NCBI RefSeq assembly: GCF_009914755.1
Contig: NC_060939.1
Reading direction: 5' to 3' (one strand)
Source of the DNA: the human T2T-CHM13v2.0 reference genome, Homo sapiens
Length of the DNA stretch: 64,000 nucleotides
Numbering within the stretch: the stretch's first letter is position 1; each line of letters starts with the position of its first letter. Below the pieces are notes generated by a model, which was not told where the DNA came from, did not search any database, and was given only the letters and a program-made list of their open reading frames with translations. The position numbers and the translations under genes were made by a program. Shown here in pieces: positions 23,771-38,083 of this stretch.

Positions 23771-26700
23771 AAAATTTCTAATAATATCAATAGGCTGCAT
23801 TGTGGGGCACTTGATCACTTGAGTAGAAAGAGAGAGAAAGCAAAGAGTGGGCTGCATGAGGGATGCAGTTTTGCCTTACAAAGTGTGATGAAGTATGATG
23901 AAAAGACAAACAACAGTGTTTATGGTGTGGCTAAGAATATTATTGAAATAATGCAAAAGAGGAAACTTGGGAAAGAGTGGAGCTAGAAATTGGCAGAAAA
24001 TTGAGGAATCAGTGAATTTCCTTTTAGCCAATTTTCAGCCCCCACAGCATCCTTGAAAATCCAGAAATATGATCTTTTTATGTGATGCTAGCCTATGAAT
24101 TACCTTGGCTTAACCCTCATAAGAATACTGTCAGTGTTCTCAAAATCTAGAACATTGTGCTTATTTTCCCTGAGTTAATCCCGACCCAGCGTTTTTCTTA
24201 AAGCGCCAAGAATAATCCCAATGGCATCTAATCTGTAGAGTTCTGTGCCTTTAAAATTCAATAAATCTGAACACAATAAATCTATCCACAGTAAGATAAT
24301 TTTTCACATTTATTAGACTTTCACTTTAGAGGTTTATTTCTGATTTTTTTAAAGTTGAAGTTGAAACTACAGATCTAAACCTTAGAGAACAAACTTTTTC
24401 TGTAGGCTCATATGTTGGAAAAATTATTGCTGAGGTAGCTTGGGGGTAGCTTAAATAATAAATATTTACTATTAACAAATAATTTTGGACAACACAATCT
24501 TGGGGCATATATTTTAAGCATCAGTGGTCCTTCACTATTGAGACATCTAGAAAAATGTTTGGGGATGAAGGGATAATGAGATACATTGGAACCTTCAGGC
24601 AGAATGATACTGAATGAAAAAATATCTCACAATTTTGTGACTGCTCTGTTATTTGGATTTTCTTGGGCTCACCAAATCAATGTGAGGAATTACATTACTG
24701 TGTAATCCAAGTTATTTGCTTGCACATTTTTGGGACTGTAAATGATTCTGACCTTTCCGGAAGTATTATGAGCAGAAAGGACAACTGTCCCTTTAAAACT
24801 TGCCTCTTGATGTTAATAAATTAGCGACCTCTCACAGCTCCATGCCAGACTCCATTTGTTGTAATGTTGAATTGAAGTCTCCAGGTGAAATGAACAACTG
24901 CCAAGCTAGCCTTTCAAGAAGTTGCCTTTGGGAACATAATACTTTATTATCTGTGTTGTGCCATTCTATGCTGAGTAGTAGTTAAAATAATGAGAGGTCT
25001 GACTAAGTGATCTATTTCAAGGTCTATTTTCTCCTTGGCCAGTGAACACCTTTAGACTCTTCCATCTATCTGTTCTTCCTCAGGGCATAAGAAGTAAGCC
25101 AGTTGGCTGGAACTAAAGTCTTTCACCTGTTTTTCAAAAATCTAAATGTGTAAACTGAATTCAGTCACTAATACGTTTTTCTAAAGCTAAGCTTTTGACT
25201 TCCCTAAAATTAGCATAGTTTTTCACTAGTTTTTTTTTTTTAAATGTTTTTTCCTTTGAGTTTAAAAGACCCTGCAAGTTCCTATAGCCAGTAATCAAGG
25301 GCAGTTATTTTTTAATTATCTTTAACCCCTCAATTCTCTTGTTCTTGAGAGATAATAGAACCAAATTTACCTTTATTCAATAGTCCAGTTCTATTTTGTT
25401 CTGGCAGAACAAAATTTCCTCTTCAAAGCTTTTTGAGGAAAAATACAATAATCTTCAAAATTTGGCTTGGACATCAAATGGCTTTTATTAAGCAACATGT
25501 TGAGTTGAATATAAATAAATTAAAAACATATTTTAAGTAATAGAGGAAATGCATTTGGAAAACTTTATGTTAGATCTTTCCAAAAGCAAAATAATTGAAA
25601 ATCTGTTATGATGCTTGGCAAAATTGAGGAAAAGTATTCCTTTTTCTGAGTTTCTTGGGAAGAACTGTAAGGAATTGAGTGGTTTGAGATGTGGAGTTCT
25701 GTCTTGTCTTGAACCAGAATAATCTGTTAATATATTTCTTATCTCCAGGAATAGTAACAGAGAAAGTTATAGGAACCTCCCACCCTACATATGGAATTAT
25801 ACTAATAAACTGCACTGAAATTGGTTTTTTAAAATAAGTTTTCTACTGTGTCACACAGAACTAGGGAGAATGAAATAATGCTAAAATTCTAGATACTATG
25901 ACAGGCACTGAGGGGTCTGATCTGTATCGGGGGCCCATTTGGCACTCCTAGACACTATTTAATGGCATCCTATATTTGTCCCTGCAGCTGGAAAAAGGTT
26001 TTAACCTTGCACATCCTGCTTCCTCTCATAGCTTATAGACTGTAAACTGGAAGAGCCTTTAGATGACCTCTGTCACTATTGTAATTTGAACTCAGGGTAT
26101 AGGCTGGTTTCTCAGCAAGGTCTTTTTCTGACTTTTTCCATCAAAATTAGGTCTCCCTCTCTTCTAGTTTCTTTATCATAGACCCTATTTATTTTCCTTT
26201 CTAACCTTTATTATAATTGGTGACTTCAAATTTTTTTAAGTTTGTCTAATATCTACTCTCCCATTAAACTGTTAGCTGTGGCTTCATTGTATACCTCCCA
26301 TGTCCAGACAGATATCCTGACAGCTCCCCTCTGATTTCAGCCATTCACTTCATGATGACAGTGTCTTCCCTCTAGGAGTAGTTTATTTTATCCCTGATCT
26401 TCTCTCATGCTGCAGTCTTTGTGGTACCCATCCATCAAACAGGCATTTACAACCTGGAATACAGGGAGTTAATGTCTCTGGGGATAACTTTCATCCATTG
26501 GGGTCCAGAACTAATGAATAAATCCTTTGGTCTATCCTTGATGGCTGAACTATTGAACTCACTCATATATAGAGTGCACCATTGGCTCCACTAAGCACTA
26601 TACAATAGTGAATGTAGCCCATTTTCCCAGCTGTCTTGACCAAGGTGTTCACATTCACATTGAAAAGGCCCAGTACTTCTTAAATCAATTAACTGGGTCT

Positions 26701-29647
26701 GGTCTGTAGAAAATTAACTGTAGTAGTGAATGCTGCATCCTCAGATATAGAATGTGTCAGAATGGTTTATCCTGCACTGTACTGAGGATCCTTTTGCCCT
26801 TTGTCAACTAATCAGCTGACCTCCACACTTCATTCTCACCTTTTATTGGACTGTCTCCAGATTCATTCTCAGAATTGTTTTTCAAACAATGACAGGGCTA
26901 GTTCTTACTCCTCACTCCCAGGTAGTGTCTATGGAGACCCAGGAATGTCAGTGTTGTTCTGGACCTTGGTGGCATCCACCACCTCTTCTCAATGAGTTCT
27001 GACAAGGACATCAGAGTAATCTACAGTCATCTTTTTTATAATCCTCTTTCCAAATGATCTTTGTTGTATCTCAAAATTTCACAGCAATCTGGCATTTAAG
27101 TTTATACATAGCTCTATAGTAATTGTTGTGCCTTCAGAGATTGGACATTCAAACCAGTTGACTTTTGAAATTAGCATTCCCAGGGCTTAAATTATTTAGA
27201 GATTTTCAAAACCAACTCTACTCTTAATTATTATTTGAGGATCGGGAGTAAAGCTTGGTTTTAGAGTCTAAGGGTTACTTGCTGGAGCCAGACAGAGCTC
27301 TGAGGAAGACAAATGACTCACTGGTGGTCCCAGGTGCAGAGCCATATGGGAAATGGGAAGGCATATGAGTTTGAGGTTCAAGTCTAAAGCCTCCATATAA
27401 GCTTAGAAGGAAAAACTGTTCACCAGTTCTTAAGTATAACATTTACATTAAAATGTGTAACATGTAGATGGTAACCACAATGCACTTTTATTTCTACTTC
27501 CCATTATCTCTTTTAAATTTTATTTAGAGGTATATAATCTAGCCCTTCCTCTAGATGAAAATTTGGGCATACCTATGACTTTACTCTTCCCATTTATATT
27601 AAGGATGAACAAACAAAAAATCTAGCCATTTTTAATCACAAAAGTCAAAATGCAGAAGTTAAATAAAATTAATGTCCAGTCTCACATAAAAGTTAAAATT
27701 TGAAACTTGACTTAGTGTTAAAGATTTGATTGAACCCACTTCAGGCTGAAAGTCTCCAAGAGCAGGAGTGTAAGGTACTTCTGTTCTCTAATTTCTTCAT
27801 ATTCACATTCTCTATTTTCCTTCCAGGGAGGTGGTTGATGCTGGTGAGTCAGTAGGCCGGTTCTTACTTGTCTTGTCAAGAATATTCATTAACTATTTAT
27901 ATAATATTTAGCCTGGCAAATGCCTAAAGTTAGTGACCCTGGGTATGCCCAGCCAATGATGATCTTTATCTTGTGGGTGCTCTTGTGGCACTGCCATGGT
28001 AGCCTGCTTGGTCCCCCTTGCTGTAGTTGCCATGATCAGCCAGATGTATCTGTCTCTCAGATGGCCTCTTGTAACCTCTAATTGAGTCCCTGAGCATTCA
28101 GCAGCACAACCTCAGCCTTTCTCCTAATGCCCCTTAGCCCATCCAGAAGATTATATGATCAGAACCAAGAGGATGCTGCACTTACTCCTTCCACCACAAG
28201 ACCTACTCTAGATGGTGGAAAACACATCTGCAGCACTTGGGGGTTCAGGACCCTCTTAGTGCAGTAGCACTAAACTGGTTCTGCCACCAATATTAGTCTA
28301 CCTGATGATTGCCTTCTGGATTTTCAGAGATGAGATCAAACCCCATCCCTAATTCACTTTAGCTTCTTCAGGCAGGAATCAGACACTATCTTTTAACTGT
28401 AGAGATATAACTCTATCTTTTAACTGTAGGGAATATATTACAAAGCACTCTGAGTGATCATCTTATCAAGGAACGTTATCTAAAACTTATAAATAAGGCA
28501 AAAAGATTACCATGTGCCCTTTCAAATTTATATCAGAGGAATGTCTGACCAACCTGTCCAAAGGTCATCTGTCACTCTAGATAAAGATAATATTTTTGAC
28601 TTACCATTTGCTGATAAGTAGGACTCAGGCTCTAAAAAGTCAGATATTAACTTATAGAATATTGATCAGTTGCAAATTATTTTTAATCAGTAGGAATGCA
28701 AATGAGATTTTTTAGTAGAGAAGATGATTTATGATTATGACACTTTTGCCCTATAGGACACTATATAATATTCCGTCTAACTTTAAAATATTATTCTGGC
28801 ATTTGCTTCTCTACTGAAAAAATATATGTGTGTGTGTTTTATATGTATGTAGATATATACGTATTTTTCTTTGAACCAGGTTTGTCATTAGGTGGGTTTA
28901 CTCATTAGTGAGTTAAATAAATTATTGACACACTATACATTTGAGTGAGAGTTAATTTTCTGCAAATTATCTTTTGATGCCTTCGAGGCTCCCTTTCTAA
29001 GCTTGAAGTTAGAAAGTGACACCTTGCTTCTCCTACACTGAAGGTGGCCATTTGAGAGTTCACCAAGGCAACAGGTCCTTTAAAGGACTGTATTCACAAA
29101 TCTCTTTCACAAAGTCCTTTCCTAACACTCTGATCTCTTATTATATTCATGAAGTGTTCCAGGATTTCTGGAACAGATTTTGAATCACTTTCATTGAAAA
29201 TCAGCATTTAGACGGGTTTTGTCTCATTCAAGTTTGGCTCCCTGATAAACCATAGTATTTACACCTCAGTCAATCTGAGACTCATTAAGTCATCTTCTGG
29301 CATCTTGTTTTACTACTATTAAAGTGAAAGAACAAATTGAAAGAACAAAGGTAAACATGACTATTTTTAAGTTCTGACTCACTTGTAGGAAACTAAGGTT
29401 TTATACTTGCAACCCCTTTTTATATAATACTTCCTTTTTCTATGTGGACTCAGCCATACTATTCTTAGGACTTCACATTTTCACAATATTGTTGTCTAGA
29501 AATTTGGATTGGCCCAGCCTCTATTACCTAGGAAGCTAAAAAATGTTCTCTGTTAATGTGGAGCTGGTACAAGATGCATGCTAAGGAAGGGACTATATTA
29601 GAGAAAGTGACTTCACCTCAACTGTTGCCTTCTTAAATATATAACAT

Positions 29648-30560
29648 AATCACTGGGAAGCTAGTATGATCTTTTGAAGATGTTATAGAACCCCATTTTG
29701 TAATATTACCAGAATTACTTTTCTAGTTCCTTCTCATCTGAATAGTGTATTTCTTCAAATTGTTCTTGAATGGACTGTGTGGGTTTTTTTGTTTGCTTGT
29801 TTGTTTTGTTTTTTTTTAGATGGAGTATCGCTCTATCGCCCAGGCTGGAGTGCAGTGGTGTGATCTCTGCTCACTGCAACCTCCGCCTCATTCTTCTGCC
29901 TCAGCCTCCAGAGTAGCTGGGATTACAGGTGTGTGCCACCATGCCCGGCTAATTTTTATATTTTTAGTAGAGATGGGGTTTCACCATATTGGCCAGGCTG
30001 GTCTTGAACTCCTGACCTCATGATTGGCCTGCCTTGGCCTCCCAATGTGCTGGGATTCCAGGTGTGAGCCACCAAGTCCGGCCCCTATTAAGGATATTTA
30101 ACGTTTATTTTAGCCTAACTTTATTCTTGGTGCTTGTAGGGTTGAAGTCTGTATATGAGTTCCTTAGTTATAGAGAGTCTCTGTGCACTGGTATCCCCCA
30201 ATGATGGTTGCAGTAGTTATGTTCTTGGTATGTGGGTGAATTCACTGTCTCCTATGAAGTTGGAATGGCAGGAGTCTCTTGAAGCTTATCTCATTCTCTC
30301 ATGGTGTATGCTTTGTCTATTTACTTATTTTTTTCCCAGTGTTTTATTTACTGAGTTGACAATTCAGACTTCAGGCCAATAGGGGAGGTATCCCTGGGTA
30401 GGCACTGGTTGTAGCTAAGGCAGTTGGGTATAGTGATACTCAGTGATGGGCCAAGGTCCCAGCCTTAATGAGGGTGTCTGGGGGAGCTCTCAATTAGATG
30501 TGCTAAAGTTTTGTCAAGTTTAAGAGTGGGAGTTACCTCAGCTCCCCTGCCAGGAAAGCA
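29648..30560 (-). mobile_element. Inverted 5' segment of the L1PB (5' UTR plus first ORF1 codons), interrupted by an Alu
   Basis: Reverse complement of 29650-29745 reads ctattcagATGagaaggaactagaaaagtaattctggtaatattacaaaatggggttctataacatcttcaaaagatcatactagcttcccagtg, the L1PB ORF1 start; 30085-30560 resembles upstream 5' UTR. Confidence 0.8.
29783..30084 (-). mobile_element. AluS with ~13-nt internal deletion
   Basis: Antisense Alu; ctccgcctc|attcttctgcc lacks ccgggttcaagcg; no clear TSD. Confidence 0.92.
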
Positions 30561-32181
30561 GGAAGGAGAAATCTCTGAATTGCGAGAAAAATAATTCTCG
30601 GAAGGTTGATTATTAAGCCACTTGAGGAGAAATCAGGTAAAGGTGAAAACCAACTTAAAGAAATTCATAAAACCAACACAAGATGTAGAAAATTAAAAAA
30701 AATACAAAAAACACTTTTCAGAGAAATAGATATCATAAAGAAAAAACAATCACAACTTTTGAAAATGAAAGACACACTTAGGGAAATGCAAAATGCAGTG
30801 AAAAGTTTCAACAATAGGCTAGAAAAAGTAGAAGAAAGAACTTCAGAACTAGAAGACAAGGCTTTCAAAGTAACCCAGTCAGGCAAAGACAAGAAAAAAA
30901 TTCTAAAAATGAACAAAGTCTTCAAGAAATATGGAATTATGTTAAAAACCTAAGAATAATTGGTGTTCTTGAGGAATAAGAGAAATCTAGAAGTTTGGAA
31001 AACCTATTTGAGGGAATAATTGAGGAAAACTTTCCTAGCCTTGCTAGAGATCTAGATATCCAAATACAAGAAGCTCAAAGCTCACATCTCAATAATTACA
31101 TTGAATATAAATGGCCTAAATGCTCCATTTAAAAGATACAGAAGAGCAGAATGGATAAAAATCCACCAACCAAGTATGTGCTATCTTCAAGAGACTCACC
31201 TAACACATAAGAAGTCAGATAAACTTAAAGTAAAGGGGGTGGAAAAAGATATTCCACACAAATGGAAACCAAAACAGGCTTTAAAGCAAAAACAGTAATG
31301 ACAAAAAACAACAGTATCAGACAAAACAGGCTTTAAAGCAAAAACAGTAATGACAAAAAAAGAAGGACATTATATAATCACAAAAGGATTAGTCCAACAG
31401 GAAGATATTATAATCCTAAATATATATACACCTAACATTGGAGCTCCCAAATTTATAAAACAATTATTACTAGATATAAAAAATGATATAGCAACACAAT
31501 AATAGCAGGGGATTTCAATATTCCACTCACAGCACTAGACAGATCATCAAGACAAAAAATCAACAAAGAAATAATGGACTTAACTACACCCTAGAACAAA
31601 TGGACTTCACAGATATTTACAGAACATTCTGTCTAACAACTGCAGAATATACATTCTTCTCATCAGCATATGGAACATTCTCCAGGAGAAACCATTTGAT
31701 GGGCCACAAAACAAATCTCAATAAATTTAAGAGATTTAAATTAAGTATCTTTTCAGACCACAGTGGAATAAAACTGGAAATAAACTCCAAAAGTAACCCT
31801 CAAAACTATGCAAATACAAGGAAATTAAATAATCTGCTCTTGAGTAATCTTTGCGTTAACAATGAAGCCAAGATGGAAATTTTAAAAATTATTTGAATTC
31901 AATGATAATAGTGACACATCTTATCAAAACCTCTCGGACACAGCAAAAGTGGTGCTAAGAGGAAAGTTCATAGCATTAAATGCCTACATCAAAAGGTCTG
32001 AAAGAGCACAAATAAACAATTTCATGTAACACCTCAAAGGACTAGAGAAGCAATAATAAACTTAACCAAACCAGCAGAAGAAAAGTAATAACAAAGATCA
32101 GAGCAGAACTTAATGAAATCGAAACAGAAAAATACAAAAGATAAATGAAACAAAAATCTGGTTCTTTGAAAAGATAAACAA

Positions 32182-32562
<381 letters not shown>

Positions 32563-34003
32563 TCAAATAAGCTCAATTAGAAATGAAATGGGAGATCTTA
32601 TAACCAATACCACAGAAATACAAAAGATCATTCAAGGCTACTATGAACACCTTTATATGCATAAAATAGAAAATCTACAGGAGATGAATAAATTCCTGGA
32701 AATATACAGCCCTTCTAGATTAAATTAGGAAGATACAAACTCTGAACAGACCAATAACAAGCAGCAAGACTGAATCAGTAATTAAAAAAAAAGCCAACAA
32801 AAAAGTTCCTGGACCAGACAGATTCACAGCTGAATTACATCAAACATTAAAAAAAAAATTGGTACCAATCCTACTGAAACTACTTCAAAAGACAGATAAA
32901 GAGGGAATTCTTCTTAAATCATTCTATGAAGCCAGTATCACCCTAATACCAAAATGAGGAAAGGTCATAATAAAACAAACAAAAAAAAAGGAAACTACAG
33001 ATCAATATCCCTGATGAACATAGATGCAAAAATCCTCAACAAAATATTAGCTAACTGAATCCAGCAGCATATCAAAAAGACAATAAAATACATCATGATC
33101 CAGTGGGTTTAATATCAGGGATGCAAGGATGGTTTAACACATACAAGTCAATAAATGTGATCTATCCCATAAACAGAATTAAAAACAAGAATCATATGAT
33201 CATCTTAATTGACACAGAAAAAGCATTTGACAAAATCCAGCATCTTAAAAATAAAAACCCTCAACAAAATTGTCATAGAAAGGACATACTTTAAATTAAT
33301 AAAAGCCATGTATGACAAACCCACAATGAACATCATACTGAATGGGGAAAATTTGAAAGCATTCCCCCCAAGAACTGGAACAAGACAAGGATACCCACTT
33401 TCACCACTTCTATTAAACATATTACTGGAAGTCCTAGCCAGAGCAATCAGACAAGAGAAAGAAATAAAGGGCATCCAAACTGGAAAAGTCAAAGTGTTTC
33501 TATTTGACAATCATATAACTGTATACCTAGAAAATCCTAAAGACTCGTCCAAAAAGCTTCTAGACCTGATCAATGAATTCAGTTAAATTTCAGGATACCA
33601 AATCAATGTATAAAATGAGTAGCACTGCTATACACCAACAATGACCAAACTGACATCAATCAATAACTCAGTCTCTTTCACAACAGCTGTGAAAAAATAA
33701 AAAGAAATACTTAGAAACACATTTAGTCAAAGAGGTCAAAGATCTCTACAAGGACAACTACAAAAGACTGCTGAAAGAAATTTTAGATGACACAAACAAA
33801 CAAAAACATATCCCATGCTCATGGATGGGTAGAATAAATATTGTGAAAATGACCATACTGCCAAAAGCAAGCTATAGATTCATTGCAATTCAAAATGCCA
33901 TCATCATTCTTCACAGAACTAGTTAAAACAATCCTAAAATCCATTTGGAACCAACAAAAGGCCCACAGAGACAAAGCAATACCAAGCAAAAATAACAAAT
34001 CTG

Positions 34004-34303
34004 GGCCAGGCACAGTGGCACACGTCTGTAATCCCAACACTTTAGGATGCCAAGGCAGGCAGATCAAGAGGTCTGGAGATCGAGACCATCCTGGCTCACA
34101 CGGTAAAACCCCGTCTCTACTAAAAATACAAAAAATTAGCCGGGTGTGGTGGCATGTACCTGCAGTTCCAGCTACTCGAGAGGCTGAGGCAGGAGAATGG
34201 CGTGAACCCAGGAGGCAGAGGTTTCAGTGAGCCAAGATGGCGCCACTGCACTCCAGCCTGGGCGACAGAGGGAGACTCCATCTCAAACAAACAAACAAAC
34301 AAA
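34004..34303 (+). mobile_element. AluY/Sc8-like inserted in L1PB, (CAAA)n tail
   Basis: gagatcgagaccatcctggct..cacggt, ggagaatggcgtgaaccc; approximate TSD aca(a)atctg. Confidence 0.92.
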
Positions 34304-34757
34304 CATCTGGAGGCATCACATTACCCGACTTCTAATTATTCTACAAGACTATAGTTACCAAAACAATATGGTACTGGCAGAAAAATAGGAATATACACCA
34401 ATGGAATAGAACAGAGACCCCAAAAATAAAGCCAAATACAGCTAACTGATCTTCGATAAAGCATACAAAAATATAAAGGGAGGAAAGGACACACCATTCA
34501 ATAAATGGTGCTGGGATAACAGTAAGCCACATGTAGAAGAACGAAACTGGATGCTCATCTCTCACCTTATAGACAAATCAAATCAAGATGGGTCAAAGAC
34601 CTGAAGCCATAAATATTCTAGAAGATAACATCAGAAAAACTCTTACAGATATTGACTTAGGCAAAGAATTCATGACAAAACCCAAAAGCAAAAGCAATAA
34701 AAACAAAAATAAATAGATGGGACATAACTAAACTAAAAAACTTTTTCACAGCCAAAA

Positions 34758-34786
34758 ATAATAATAATAATAATAATAATAATAAT
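34758..34786. repeat. (ATA)n microsatellite
   Basis: ataataataataataataataataataat. Confidence 0.9.
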
Positions 34787-36899
34787 CAGCAGAGTAAACA
34801 GACAACCCAGGAAGTAGGAGAAAATATTCACAAACTATGTATCTGACAAAGGACTAATATCCAGAATCTACAAGGAACTCAAACAAATTAGCATGAAAAA
34901 AAACATATAATCCCATCAAGAAGTGGGCAAAGAACATGAATAGACAATTATCAAGAGAAGATATACAAATGGTCAACAAACATGAAAAAATGCTCAACAT
35001 CACTAATTATCAGATAAATGCAAATTAAAACCGCAATGAGATACCACCTTGCTCTTGCAAGGATGACCGTAACTTAAAAATAAAAAAATAATAGATGTTG
35101 ACATGGATGTGGTAAAAAGGGAACTCTTTTACACTGCTGGTGGGAATGTATGGTGATTCCTTAAAGAACTAAAAGGAGAACTACCGTTCGATCCAGCAAT
35201 CCCACTACAGCGTATCTACCAAAAGAAAAAGAAGTTATATGGAAAAGACACATGCACACACATGTTTACAGCAGCACAATTCCCACTTGCCAAAATATAG
35301 AATCAACCTAAATGCCCATCAACCAACCAGTGGATAAAGAAAATGTGGTATATATATACACCATGGAATACTACTCAGTCAAAAAAACAGAACAAAATAA
35401 TGGCCTTTGCAGCAACTTGGCTGGAGCTGGAGGCCATTATTCTAAGTGAAGTAACTCAAGAATGGAAAACCAAATATTGTATGTTTTCTCTCACTTATAA
35501 GTGGGAGTTAAGCTATGAAGATGCAAAGGCATAAGAATGACATAATGGACTTTGGGGACTTGGGGGGAAGAGTGGGAGTGGGGTGAGAAATAAAAAACTA
35601 CATATTGGGTACAGTTAACACTGCTCGGGTGATGGGTACATCAAAATATCAGAAATCACCACTAAAGAACTTATTCATGTAACCAAAAATCACCTCTTCC
35701 CCCAAACTATTGAAATACATATATATACTCAATAAAATATATATAACATCACTTTGTTGAAAGTGAATTTGTAGAATACTAGATTTCCTACATAAAGCCT
35801 ATATTCAAAAATATCAACTGAAAAAGTTTATAAATTATCAACTAGGGAATGATTGCCTGATTAGGGTTATATAAATTTTGGCAGAATTACCTCCACCTTG
35901 CTCCAGTGTCTATTATGACAATAGGCTCAAGCAACATCTGTTAAGTTTTCTTTTCAAGTGTTCATTCACAGACAGACACATTCTCTATGACTTGAATACT
36001 TGAAAAGATAATAAATGCAAGACATTTCACTTAACACAGCCTCCAAACAGGGAAGCAGTATTTGTTTGCAACTATTGACTAAATGGAACTGACAAGAACT
36101 TTCAGGTTGGGATTTTCCTTGCTAATTGTATTTCACTTTCAGATGATTGAAACTTTGGAAAATGATGAGGTCAGTATAGGCAAGCCCAAAGTGGTTGAGA
36201 TTTTTATTATCCTCTTAGATGCATAAAACGATGTCATCTTAACAAATTCTACAAAGTTTCAGACTTCTCTTAAAAGTGAAAAAAATCTGTTAATTGCAAA
36301 CATTAGGATCCCAAGTTGATTATTATAGTGCTGCATTTTCTGGGAAAAATATTAAATAGAAAATGGTCACCCATCCTACCATTTTATGTTCAGGCCCTGT
36401 TCTCTTTGACATGATTAAAATGCAAGTTGTATGGAAACTCTAAAAAAGAATTCATTGTGCCAGAATTGACAGAGGGCAGCAGAAAACTTACAAACTTTCC
36501 TCTAGTTGATTCAAAAAGTAATTAATTGCAGCTGCTGTTTTGCAGCAAGATAGGGAAATGTCATCAAATACAGAAAACTCCAGAAAGAGTGAAAAGGCCT
36601 TCCTGTAATTCTCCCAGCCTAAACGGAAATGAGATGAATGCTTTGTGACTGCTGTAGGTAATGAGACTTTGTAAGATTATCATAAATAGGGTGCATAATT
36701 AGCACTTTACAATTCAGAAAGCATTTTGTGTTGTTTTTGTGAATTTGGAGTTGGCCCCAATGACTTGACAAAACATTCACTCTCCCTAAATCAGGCAAAC
36801 ATTTTGGCTTCAGACACTGATTCCAAATACATGGACTGTCAATTATCTGTGAAGACAAATTTAAAAAATAATCAAGACATTAACTACAGAGAGAGGAAC

Positions 36900-37135
36900 T
36901 AACAGTAAGAAGGTGGCTATCATGTATCAGCCAGGGGCCATCTGCTCTACAAAGCACACATTACCTGTATTAGGTCGTTTGATCTGCATAAGGCGCTATT
37001 GCTTTTCTCTTTCACAGATAAGAAGCTGAGGTCTGGAGAGGTAAACGTGATCCATATTCATAGATAATAAGTGATATTTAAACACAGATCTGCCAAATTT
37101 AAAATACTCGAGTCTCTGAATTCCAAACCCTACCT
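36900..37135 (-). mobile_element. MIR SINE
   Basis: tttcacagataagaagctgaggtctggagaggtaaacgtga is the antisense MIR core. Confidence 0.65.
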
Positions 37136-37678
37136 TCCACAGTTTCTGCAATGTCTGGAAATTTATATTGTGGATTTTTTTCCTTTGGCATTCTCTTTGG
37201 AAAAGTGTTTGCTATGCACTGTAGTGAAAAATCTTCCAGAAGAGCACATGTATTTACCACAGAGAAACTGATGAAGGCAGCCACGACAGACAAAAAGAAA
37301 ATGTTCAAATTATTAACGGATGAGAGTTAAGTACCATCCATCACTCTGTACTTTTATTTGCAAAGGTGAACTCATAAACATCCAGAAGATTTTATTTACT
37401 TTTGGTAAGGATTAAAAATAAAGTGGCTAAAATTGAATGAGTAGCTCTGTTTTTATAATGATGGGAAGGCATCGTCAGCTTAGAAGAACATCAGTAAAGA
37501 GGAAGGGATACATATCTCTTTATGACTAGATATAAAACGGGATTTAGCCCTCAAATTGTATCATGGTCAAAAGCATCTTGAAAACTATGTTGTGAACTAG
37601 AATCTGTGTAATGTGGGACTGGGGTAAAGGAAATGCAAGGAAAAAGAGTAGGCCAGGTTACTGAAGAACCCCTTTACT

Positions 37679-38083
37679 TGTACTAGTTGGGGTAGACTCC
37701 AAACTAATGCAACAAAAAAAAATACAAGACACAATGGCTTAAAGATTATAAAAACTTACTTTTTTCACATAATATTTAAACATAAGAAGTTCAAGGCTGC
37801 CAGGGAAGCTCTATTCTTCTCAAAATACGCTTGATCTCTGGATCCCAGGCACCTCCCTCTGCCATCATACCTGCATGCCAGCCAGTGGCAGAGGAGAGTG
37901 ACAAGGAGAAAGCAGACTTGCTCCACATAAGAGCAAGATCCAGAAGTGGCCCATATGCCATAGGGCTCCATCACCTGGCCACAGCGGGGCTGGAAGAGGT
38001 GGAGTCTCTAGTTAACTGCACAGGGGTCAGCTAAGACTTTGGAGAGCAAAGACTTTGGTGGGCAACTAGCAATATCTGCCACA
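37679..38083 (-). mobile_element. MLT1 (J/K/L-like) MaLR LTR
   Basis: tgtactagttgggg..aatggcttaaa..gggcaactagcaatatctgccaca termini typical of antisense old MLT1. Confidence 0.6.

Noticed and set aside
26330-28560. Possible ancient ERVL/LTR16-like and other LTR remnants
   Set aside because: Composition is suggestive but I cannot identify termini, TSDs or family with confidence.
31070-31090. Spliced L1 retrocopy as the explanation for the ORF1-ORF2 junction
   Set aside because: As I recall the consensus, the lost segment has no GT...AG ends; ctca microhomology explains it better.
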